A stretch of 32,018 bases of DNA from Octopus bimaculoides. Taxonomy: Eukaryota. Positions 22,680 through 32,018 of the stretch are shown here, one piece after another. Position 1 is the stretch's first letter. Every line of letters starts with the position of its first letter. A program made the position numbers and the translations under genes. The notes under the pieces were generated by a model. That model was not told the DNA's origin. It searched no databases and saw nothing but the letters and a program-made list of their open reading frames with translations. The stretch spans positions 28,690,100 to 28,722,117 of the forward strand of contig NC_068994.1 in NCBI RefSeq assembly GCF_001194135.2. The letters run 5' to 3'.

Positions 22680-23373
22680 ATTTTCATCACTTCCCTAACT
22701 GAAATGACTAGTTCTGCCTGTTTTGGACAGACTACTGTTTATTTCAGTTCTTTCAACAATTCAGCATCCTTCTTGTGCTCCTTGTCTTTGCTCCAGATGT
22801 CACTCCAAAACCTTTGACTTTCAATGTTATCTGGTATCAACTTTTCATCTGTACACTTTCCATTTATTTCTTTGTATAATATCTTCTGATCTACTCTGAA
22901 TAAACTATTCTGCTAGTAACCATTCATTCTTTGGTTGTATCTTACCATCTTTGCTTTCTTTATAACGAGGCGCTGTTTCAGTTCCTCCATTACCACTTTC
23001 AGGCCCTTTCTTTCAATATTATACTTCCTGTTCAGTGTCCTGTATTTTTGATCGCTTTTAAGCTCCCACTAACACAGAAATGTCCTTCGAGAGCATATTT
23101 AACTCCGCCTCTATTCTTCTTTTCCACCATGGATCTTTTCTTTTGTCACTCCCATTATATTTCTTTTTCTTGATATCGACACCCACATTTCCTGCTACAA
23201 CAATACTTGCTGCCTTGATTAAATTATTTGTTTCTGTGATGTTTTTTGTTCTGATGTATTTCAGAATGTCATTCACATTTTTCGTTTCTTGGTTCAATTT
23301 CCATCGATCAACCTTTTTAAGGTTGCAAATAATGTCGCTATCGTTCTCCTGTAGACTTACCTTTATTCTGTCG
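21780..23373 (-). mobile_element. R4/Dong-type LINE, RT region, 3'-truncated
   Basis: NITETNNLIKAASIVV...DPWWKRRIE; [16 protein letters not shown]; [12 protein letters not shown]; IRRGIFQGDCLSP; NHLLFMDDLKLY...MEFGLKKC. Confidence 0.92.
22634..22675. repeat. 42-nt poly(T); poly(A) on the LINE coding strand
   Basis: Counted directly; gives the poly-Lys run in ORF 22337-22690. Confidence 0.95.
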
Positions 23374-23650
23374 TAGATTATGTGGTCAAACTAGAGCAAT
23401 AAGAGAAAATCGTTGGTTCACAGAAGTAGAGCTCGAAGCTATCAAAAGACAGGTATTGGAAAACAGCAGCAGAGGAAAGGATGAAAATACAGTTCCTACT
23501 GATAAAAGTTATCGCATAGCAGAAAATAAAGGTGAAATCTATAATAATCCACAGGAAAGGAACATTGATAGCTTGCTCATTGAGAGGCATATAGATGGTT
23601 TGGAAGAAGACAATAAAACTAATGGTAACATGAAAGATGGGTAAAAGGCA
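23374..23650 (+). mobile_element. Inverted N-terminal segment of an R4/Dong-type LINE
   Basis: RLCGQTRAIRENRWFTEVELEAIKRQV matches the N-terminal motif of R4/Dong ORFs (RLxDQxRxIRxNxWLxExELE), but lies on the strand opposite the adjacent RT body. Confidence 0.75.
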
Positions 23651-23651
23651 A

Positions 23652-23666
23652 TTATTGTTATTATTA

Positions 23667-23737
<71 letters not shown>

Positions 23738-23750
23738 GTTATTATTATTA
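23652..23750. repeat. (ATT)n microsatellite
   Basis: About 33 triplets with few interruptions. Confidence 0.97.
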
Positions 23751-23754
23751 CTAA

Positions 23755-23972
23755 GGTGGTAAGCTGGCAGAATCGTTAGCACGCCGGATGAAATGCTTAG
23801 CAGCATTTCGTTCGTCCTTACCTTCTGAGTTCAAATTCCGCCAAGATAGACTCTGCCTTTCACCCTTTCGGGGTCGATAAATTAAGTACCATCGAAATAC
23901 TGGGGTCGATGTAATCGACTAGTCCCCTCCCCCAAAATTCCAGGCCCTGTGCCTTTGCTAAAAAAGATTATT
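23755..23972 (+). mobile_element. Full-length tRNA-derived SINE
   Basis: A-box-like TGGCAGAATCG, B-box-like GAGTTCAAATTCC, core GGGGTCGATAAATTAAGTACC, ATT-type tail; two other copies in the window. Confidence 0.88.
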
Positions 23973-23989
23973 CTCAGTATCTAGCTCCT

Positions 23990-25055
23990 GTTCATACCAT
24001 TTTTCTATTATCTTGAATCTTCATAATAGCATCCCAATATACTCTTTTACCTATCCAGTTATATCTGCCCTTATACTCTTTTTGTGCTAGTTTACTGCCT
24101 TCCCTTAAGAAATGCTTAACTTTTCGTGTCCATTTTTTATAGATTCTGCACTTGCTCTGTGACTGAGGTTTATCAATCTTTGCCTTTGTCAAATTCGTTC
24201 TAATGATTTGTTCCTGATCGGCTATAATTAGCGATTCGGTTTCTTGCTTCAAGTTTCCATCAGTCAGTCACAACCAGCGTTCTATACTTCCAACATATTC
24301 ATTTAAAAAAAAAAAATTTTTTTTTGCGCTTGAATTGACCATTTAATTTCTTCTCTTTCTAGCTATGTGTATTGTCGTTCCTCGAGTTCTTTATCTGTTT
24401 CAATAACGTTTTGGGCATTTCTAGCTGCAGATAGAATTTTCTCTTCCCTAGGTCTAACATAGTTTTACAAACCCAATATCCTACGACTAATGGTGAGTTC
24501 TGCATTTAACAATCCTCTACCTTCTCCTTTTCTTGGTAGTTAGAGTCTGTCGATATTACTTTTAAGGTGATGTACATTGTGCATTGTGAGCAGCTCCTTA
24601 CTTCTATCTAATTCTTGTAACTCTTTCTTTGTTCATTTTCGAAAAGGAGCAGAGTATCTTAATACTGGCATGACCCATGTGTTCATTGCTTTGATAATAT
24701 TCTTTTCATTTGATTTTGTTTCAAGCACCTCCCTAATTATTCCCTTGTACACTTTGGAGGCTTTCTCTCTCATTTCTCCTTCCATTACTCTATCGTTCCG
24801 CAGCACCTCTAGGCACTTTCCCCTTCATTATTTTTCAGCGATCTATTGATATCATCTCGTTGAAATTTTTTAGCATCGAAATTTATCTTTCTGCCTTTCT
24901 TCATAATTAACACTGTACACGTATTTACCCCAAGCGTCATAAAAAATATCCTTGCAAAATACTCATATTTTTTGTTTAAGAGAATCCAGGCATTTTTCCT
25001 TTTTCACATACAGTTTGAGATCATAGGTCATCCATATATAGCAAGTGATTTATTT
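23990..25055 (-). mobile_element. Second, older R4/Dong-type LINE fragment (RT C-terminal half to zinc knuckle)
   Basis: KINHLLYMDD; IIKAMNTWVMPVLRYS; NIDRL*LPRKGEGRGL; KQETESLIIADQEQIIRTN...SKCR...SKLAQKEYKGR. It carries its own YMDD site, so it is a separate copy from 21780-23373. Confidence 0.88.
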
Positions 25056-25184
25056 TCACTTTGGATTATACAAACTTGTATGTTGGCCTGAATTTTCTCA
25101 GTATGCTTGTCGAAAGAATTAACGCAATGACGAAAAATAATAGAGAGAACGAGTTCCTTGGAATATCCCCCTGGCAATGTCTTT

Positions 25185-25415
25185 CTTTTATCTTTTACTT
25201 TTATTTGTTTCAGTCATTAGTCTTCGGCCATACTAGGGCACCGACTTGAAGAATTTTAGTCGAACAAATTGTCCCCTGAACATTTTTTAAGCCTGGTACT
25301 TATTCTATCGTTCTCTTTGGCCTAACCACTCAGATACAAGGGCATAAGCACACCAACACCTGTCGTCAAGCGGTGGTAGGAGACAATCACCTCCCCCACA
25401 CTCACATATGTAGAG
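25185..25415 (-). mobile_element. SINE-like interspersed repeat
   Basis: TTTTACTTTTATTTGTTTCAGTCATT...GTACTTATTCTATCG...GTCAAGCGGTGG; a short copy of the same start occurs at about 17322-17345; resembles an abundant octopus repeat I recall. Strand inferred from the short tandem tail. Confidence 0.65.
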
Positions 25416-25429
25416 CGGAGAAAGAGTAA

Positions 25430-27185
25430 CCCTTAACTCTCCACCCGAAGTGATAGAAAATATTTTGAGATACACAGTTACATACCACTGCATCGGAGTA
25501 AAATCACACAGGGTGAAAAATGCGACTGAGGCCAACATTCAAAAAGGCCTTGGGCGCATGTGAGAACACAAGATCCACATCACTCAAGGAAAGGAGTTTT
25601 TTTTACAATTAGAGTGCAATTTTGGACTGAAGAAGCCAGGTTTCATTTCGCGGCGACACTGGAATGATGAACTCTTCTTAATCCCTAGTTATAGCGGCTA
25701 ACGCATTGCTAAAGTGAGTGATAAATGTACCGCCAGAAATATTCATCACCTTGTTGGTGGCGGTAATCTTAACGGGTATAGAGGAATAAGTGTCTATCCT
25801 GGAGGTAAAAAAAATACCTCAACAAAACTGGTCAGGTATTGGTGTGGAACTGACCATACAAACTAAACAAACATTGAAGAAGTATCTGATCTGATAGACC
25901 TCCCGGATAGCACCTACCTGTCAGTGATAGTGGAGAGTAGAAAGCCAAGATACCCCATACGTGGATCTCTGAATCACTTGAAGACTTTCTATCCTCAAAG
26001 AAAACAAACCACCCACTGCTGCCAATACAACAACCACAGAATCAAGTAGAAGTGCTAAGGACTCCAACACCCACATCCAAAACAAGACAACGAAGGACTT
26101 TACTCCCGGCTTCCACGCACACAGTCACAAGAACCACAACTGCAGTCCATTTCGCAACCACTCTGGCAACAACAACAACAAAACACAGAAATAACCACTA
26201 ATGAAACTGCAAAAACAACAAAATACTTCCAACTATATGCAAAATGTATCCACCAATTTCACCATTGTGAACAAAAACAACAGTGAATTGATGAATTTCG
26301 TAAATCAAAATAAAAACACAATTGAGACAGAAGGAAGGGAATTTGAGGATTTCATCCTCAAGACCCAGAAGGACAGATTATTAATAAAAACGTCCTCAGA
26401 CATTTATAACAACTCATGAAAAATTTCCAGCTACTGTTGGAATATTTTAAAAAACAACAATAGACAAAAGGCCTTTGAAGAGCCTTTTAGAAACGTCCGC
26501 CAGTAGAGAGGTCTGGAACATTCGGTCTTCTCAAAAATCAAGGTGTGTGACTGCCTCCTTTTCTTTTTCCGATTAACATGACTGTGCTGAGAGTGGAGTG
26601 TGTGAATGTACGTGGCCTGAGGTCTGCTTGTAAACAAGGCCACTTGTTCAACGATCTCAGGTCACTTGATTTAGATGTGGCTGCCATTAGTGACGCAAGA
26701 ATTACCGGAAAACATGCTCTAGCGTCCATTTTCGAAGATTACGACATATTCGTTATCTTGTGGTCAATCGGAAGCAGGTGGTGGTGTAGCGGTGCTATTC
26801 TGAAAATTTCTAGATCTCCAAGTACCGGTAATTGTAATGGACCCAGAAGGTAAGCTGGTGGTCCTAAATGTGAATGGCAGAGAAGGTGGCACCTTTAGGC
26901 TAGTGGCTGTTTATGCCCCGACAGGGACTGGAAGGCCAGATTTTTTCAGGTATCTAAAAACATTCTTGGAAACGTCTCGTACTTTAGTGTGGGCCTGGAA
27001 TAGTATTTTGGTTTAGTCCATACATAATAGAAGTGGGTGTAAAAAACTCGAAAACCTCCTCAGAAACTTCCAGTTGTCTGTCAGGTACCGGGTCGTCCAG
27101 ATGTTACCTAGCTAGAATATTTCTTAGGCCATGGGAGAGGGACAGCGTAGGTTGTCTACAATTCAAATTTTATGGGGCGAAACTT
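25430..27185 (+). mobile_element. L1/Tx1-clade LINE 5' fragment: decayed ORF1 plus APE endonuclease, 3'-truncated
   Basis: ORF1-like INVPPEIF...IDLPDSTYLSVIVESRKPR. ORF2 from 26578: CVNVRGL...DVAAISD; MDPEGKLVVLNV...FRLVAVYAP; YLARIFL. Confidence 0.85.
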
Positions 27186-27259
27186 AAGGTGAGAAAATCA
27201 ACAGTTCTTTGTAATATGTTTATTTCAAATGAAAAATATACAAAAATGTACAATCAATC

Positions 27260-28570
27260 AGTTAGAATTATGACATTCATTGAAATCATCTTCTTTGTTT
27301 TGAACAGTATTAAGTATACCTGTGTCTTTCCAACCTTGCAACAAAACATTATCATGTTTAGATGTACAATCAAATGATGACAAAACCCATTTAGCATACA
27401 ATGGTTTTACAATTGAGAGTTTTAAATCAACATTAACATTATCTACAGATTTACCGGAATTTAACTGTGAAGTAACTTCATCTGCATATTATGAAGTGAA
27501 TTTTTGCTTTAATTGGTGTTTGAAAAATTGACTACCACTAATATCAAGAGGTTGAAGTTCGCTTGTACATGAAGGAGGAATGTAAAAAATTCAAGTCCTT
27601 GCGACTTGAGTGCAGACTTGACGGTTTCTGTCTGGTGAACTTTGAAAACATCTAAAAGGACTAGACCTTTCTGTGCAAGTGTGAGGTTGAGTTTTTCTCG
27701 TTGGTCTTCGAAGTAAAGATGTTCCAGTTGCTGATGTTCCGAGTATTGCAGTTATCTGGCGTTTGTTGTTGGCTCCGTATATTGGTACTTGTTTGGCACC
27801 TTGCTGCTCCATAGTCCAGTCTTTGACGGGGATCAATGGAGACCAGTCTGGTCAAAGTTGATCATAGATGGGGTAATTTTATGTTTTACTACGACAGTCT
27901 GTACGCGATCGAGAAAGTCGTCTTTAATGTTTTCGAAGTTTAATGATAGGGTTTTTGCTGCTTTGGTGCCTTTGCTTTTGACAAAGCCCATGCGTTTCAG
28001 TGTGGATTTAGCCCATGAGTCAGAGATGTCGATAGGACCTCCGTATTCTTTGAGTTGAGTACGGTCTTGATTTTTCACGATGCCGAGAGCTGAATCCATC
28101 ACAATAGGTTTAGAAACTATCGAACCACTATCACGAAGATTCTTGATATGATGTATTACATGATTGTCGAGATCTTCACCCAGAAGTGGTCTGGTGCGTT
28201 TTGCTGTTGGTAACTCAAATACATCATCAATGTTTTTAGTAGACTTTAATTCATTTTTCTATTTCTTGACGTAACCACGAATAGTAGATTCAGACAACAG
28301 GACGACCGTATATTTTAGCAAAATGATGGGAAGCTGCTATATTGCCGTGTTGTATTGCGTATCTAGCTATGTCTGCTTGTTCTGTTGTAGTGAATTTTGT
28401 GTATTCACCTCGTTTACGTTTCTGACCACGTAAAACTGTTGCTGTGTCTTTATCTAATGTCTTCTGAATTTCTTTGTTTGGTGCTTCACATACTTGTGAT
28501 TGTTCTTCTGTTAAATTTGTACGGTTAGGACTTGATAAAAAAAAGAGCTTTGACTAGGCTCACTAAACAT
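27260..28570 (-). mobile_element. pogo-like (Tc1/mariner superfamily) transposase relic, DD35D, internally deleted
   Basis: KRKRGEYTKF...ARYAIQHGNIAA; RPLLLGEDLD; SWAKSTLKRMGFVK; INFDQTG...WTMEQQGAKQV; LLDVFKVH...LQPLDIS. There are 35 residues between D2 and D3 after correcting one frameshift. Confidence 0.88.
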
Positions 28571-28845
28571 TGCAGTAGGGTTGGCAGTTTTCAGCCAGCG
28601 ATACATTGTTGAACAGTAGTCTTGCATAATGTTGCAGTAATATAACCAATACAGAGTTAGAAATAGTTCTGATATTTCTTGAAATTTAACTTATATTTAT
28701 AATGAAATGTTTAACTATTAATCACGCTAATTACAGATGTCAATTGACACACATGGTAAATGATGTATATATCCTTAAATACTCATCTGGAGATCGCGTT
28801 GACGTGATGCTGGAGTTGTGAAATAGACATTCAGTTTCTATAAAT

Positions 28846-28862
28846 TACACACACACACACAC

Positions 28863-28925
<63 letters not shown>

Positions 28926-28960
28926 TGTGTGTGTCTATGTGCGCGCGCTCGCGCGTTTGT
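28846..28960. repeat. Compound (CA)/(TG)/(GA) microsatellite
   Basis: Direct reading. Confidence 0.95.
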
Positions 28961-28967
28961 ACGTGTA

Positions 28968-31187
28968 CATGAGAGTTCTACCGAAAGTAATGCAAAAGTG
29001 GGCATACCCTTTTTAATAACTGACACTGCTCATTCAAATTGCACATGTTGGTAGTGTAACTCTTCCTCAATAGTAACTCCTCTTCCTACCCTTCTTCATT
29101 ACAGGAAAATAATGGATCCCATGCAGAGACATGCTGTCATTAAGTTCTTGACCAAGGAGTGACGCAGGCTGTCCGACATCCACAGAAGGCTACAGATTAT
29201 TTACGTCAATGACACTGTAGTGAAACCTCTCTCTCGGGTATTCATTTACGAATGATAACGTAGCGGCTAACATCTAGCTTTCCGCCGCTTAGACCCTTGT
29301 GTCCATCACCCTGATTGGCTCTTATTTGCGCGGCATTTGTCTGTCTCGCGCTAGGGTGCATACCGACCAATTGTGGCCGTCTAATAAGGTCACGTGAGAA
29401 AGTGTTTTCTGCCTGTTTCCGGTGGGCCCTTTTTCATCTATAAATAAGCCTGTTTTATCCACGCCAGTTTGTCGCGGCTTCAGACCTTTTCAGGTCTAGT
29501 CGTAGACCAGACACAGAACACAGCTCCAGTCAGTTTCCAGCGACGACGTCAAAACCACCAATGAACTGTCTACTACAGCTCCGTCGCCAGCACCAGCACC
29601 AGAGTTCACACGCAACAACAACAACCGCGGTTTCATCTCAACACTGTTTAAGTGGATTGTTTCCACCTCGAGTTAACAGCCAGAACAACCTGCGAGAATC
29701 TTCTGTACCAAGTAACCGGTCTCCAGCATCGACGGTCAACTTCACACACAACATGTGACACCACAGCTCTGCTCTTCAGCAACAACTTCTTGCGTACGAA
29801 CATTCTACCTATTGTGAAACTCTTCTATGAACTGGTACTTTCTTATCTTGTGTTCAGGACTCTTATAGTCTTTGTTACAGACACTTATTCTATGCTCTGT
29901 GTTTCTCATTCACACATACACACATATTGTTGTATACATACTCTTGTACAAGAANNNNNNNNNNCATTCACACATACACACATATTGTTGTATACATACT
30001 CTTGTACAAGAAGGCCTGTCTTATGTATTGTGTTATTTGTATTGCCGCATGCACGCACACACAAACACACAGTTGACTACCCTAATAAACGTACTCTTTA
30101 TATATATCCAACGGTTGTCTCTTACTCTCTCTTTCATTTGCTGGCACTTGCTCGCATCTCACATAGCGAGCCTTCATATGTTACATTATATGTTTTTGTG
30201 GTCGACCGTGCGACGCGTTTAAAGGAGCTTCTTCCGTTCGTCGCCATCTCCTTTGGTTCGCACGGTCGTTCTATTACAACACTATTGACAAGTGCAATTA
30301 GCAAAGACGGGCAAAGAAGTTTAAAGAAGGCAAAACCAACATGAAAAACAAACCACACAATAGGAGACCATGAACTGCGACTACTGAGTGAAATCATAAT
30401 CGAGTGGATGAAGTGATTTACGTGCTGCGCATTTGGACTGCTGTTACAATACATTACAAACGATGGTGAAAGACTTTGGGTTTCGAAAAGTGTGAGCAAA
30501 TTGGGTACCTATGCCATTGAAGCTTGATTTGAAGGAGAGAAGAGAGAAAGTCAGTTCTATCCTGCCGTTGCTTGAAGCCAATGAAGTTGTGTTTATTTTA
30601 TCTGGCGTTGGGATGAAGCGTGAACGTATCTTTATGATCCGGAAACGTAGATTCACGTTTCTTACCTCTTCTTCCATGCCTAAAACTTTCAAGAAGCAGT
30701 GATCAGTACTGATAGTCATGGCAACTGATTTTGGAGGATGACAAAGGCGTCGTTCTTCTTGATTTTCCGAAACATGGCTGTACCATGAAAAGCGAACAGT
30801 ACATTGAAATACTCAAGAAGGTTAAAGAAGCCATTACGAGGATGAAACCGAACAAGACTCTGAAAATGATCTATATTAACCATGACAATGTGAGACCAAT
30901 CACATCTTTGACAACAAATCAAGCAACTGGTAAATTGGACTGGTCAGTGATTCTCCTTCACTGTACAGCTCGGATCTGGTGTGCTCTGATTTCCACTTTT
31001 TTAAGTGTAATGAAAGACAGTCTTTGGAGATAAAAATTCGAGGACACAGACAAGGTAAAAGTAAGTGTAAAAAATGGGAATAGCCGTGCTCATCAGAATA
31101 TTTTTTAATGAAGTTTCAAGAGTTGGCTTCAACAAAAGCGCAAATGCGTAGCTTGTGATTGAAATTACGTTCAGTAGTACCTTTGTG
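28968..31187 (+). mobile_element. Degraded mariner transposon interrupted by a solo LTR
   Basis: Imperfect TIRs 28968-28991 and 31164-31187, each flanked by TA. MDPMQRHAVIKFL...; WVPMPL; GDE...YLYDPET; HDNVRP; YSSDLVCSDF; C-terminal NYVQ*. Confidence 0.9.
29216..30278 (+). mobile_element. Solo LTR (probably Gypsy-type)
   Basis: Termini TGTAGT...ATTACA; 4-bp TSD ACAC (29212-29215 and 30279-30282); TATAAAT at 29439; AATAAA at 30084. Removing it restores the mariner frame (NDTIDK). Confidence 0.85.
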
Positions 31188-31392
31188 TAGTGCAGTGGTC
31201 CTTATAAGATTTTGGTGGGGGTCTACGCAATAAAGTAGTAAGTTGGCGATTCACAATAGTATTCTAAGTACTTTAAGTTTCTCATTAGTTCTCCACAGAT
31301 GTTCTTTCCCCTAATATTTTAACACATTCACATCTTACTTTATTTACATTATTTACATTTGACGGATATTTGTCCTCATCTTGTTTGTTGTT

Positions 31393-31438
31393 AACACAAC
31401 GTTTCGGCTGATATACCCTCCAGCATTCATCAGGTGTC
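31393..31438 (-). ncRNA. Minimal type I hammerhead-like motif within a Penelope-like short repeat (about 31350-31490)
   Basis: GACAC-CTGATGA-at-GCTG...CAGC-c-GAA-ACGT-T-GTGTT. Stem I GACAC/GTGTT, palindrome ACGT, GUU triplet; base of stem II is imperfect. Confidence 0.55.
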
Positions 31439-31487
31439 TTGGAGAAATTTCGAACCTGGGTTCTATTGCTAAGGTATTTTTCGATGT

Positions 31488-31636
<149 letters not shown>

Positions 31637-32018
31637 CCTTTGCACAGCTTCTAACGCTGGAGATGTACTACAGTGTCAGCTATTCACTAACAGTGAACTA
31701 AGGTAACACCTCTTATTTTGCGAGCACCTTCCGGAGTATTCGAGCGGTTCCAAGCAGTGCTGTTTTCTGCAAGTGCACCAACATTATTGCAGTCCCTATT
31801 TGTTCCACGTACTTCTCGAGATTTTTGCTCACTGTTCCCAGGGCTCTGACAATTATTGGTACTACTGCTACCTTTTTCATCGACCACAACTGCTTAACTT
31901 CCCAAGCTAACCTGTCACATCTCTCAACTTTTCTTCCTTCCTTATCGCATACCTTGTTGTCAGTTGGGCATGCTATATCTACGATCCAGCATAGTTTGTT
32001 TTTTTCTCAATTAAGACT
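31637..32018 (-). mobile_element. 3' end of an R4/Dong-type LINE (RLE domain, 3' UTR, (TAA)n tail)
   Basis: CWIVDIACPTDNKVCDKEGRKVERCDRLAWEVKQLWSMKKVAVVPIIVRALGTV...LQKTALLGTARILRKVLAK*; stop at 31713-31715; 76-nt UTR; then (AAT)n. Confidence 0.92.

Noticed and set aside
23378-23806. PolyN ORF, and similarly the polyI/M/S/L ORFs at 31353-31701
   Set aside because: Translations of (ATT)n and (CAT)n arrays.
29908-30012. About 48-bp exact direct repeat either side of a 10-N gap
   Set aside because: Same overlap artefact, inside the solo LTR.
29652-30344. Longest ORF in the track (230 aa)
   Set aside because: Runs through an N gap and a duplicated segment inside an LTR; no domain motifs.

Overview
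AT-rich eukaryotic genomic DNA from a gapped scaffold (three N runs), very rich in microsatellites and almost entirely made of decayed transposable elements. The SINE families match repeats I recall from octopod cephalopods (Octopus-like); this is an inference, not a search result. Contents: four fragments of R4/Dong-type (restriction-like endonuclease) LINEs, a near-complete ORF2 of an L1/Tx1-type LINE plus a second 5' fragment, a Gypsy integrase relic, a solo LTR nested in a mariner, pogo-like, hAT and maT-like DNA transposon relics, several SINEs and two MITE-like inverted-repeat elements. No intact protein-coding gene is evident; three phase-compatible candidate exons lie on the minus strand (low confidence). 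The most notable features are five hammerhead-ribozyme-like motifs of the Penelope/retrozyme type (one with a fully intact core at 21616-21703, minus strand), an apparent 5'-inverted (twin-priming-like) R4/Dong insertion, and signs of microsatellite-targeted retrotransposition. Nothing here can be shown to be a new biological system from sequence alone.
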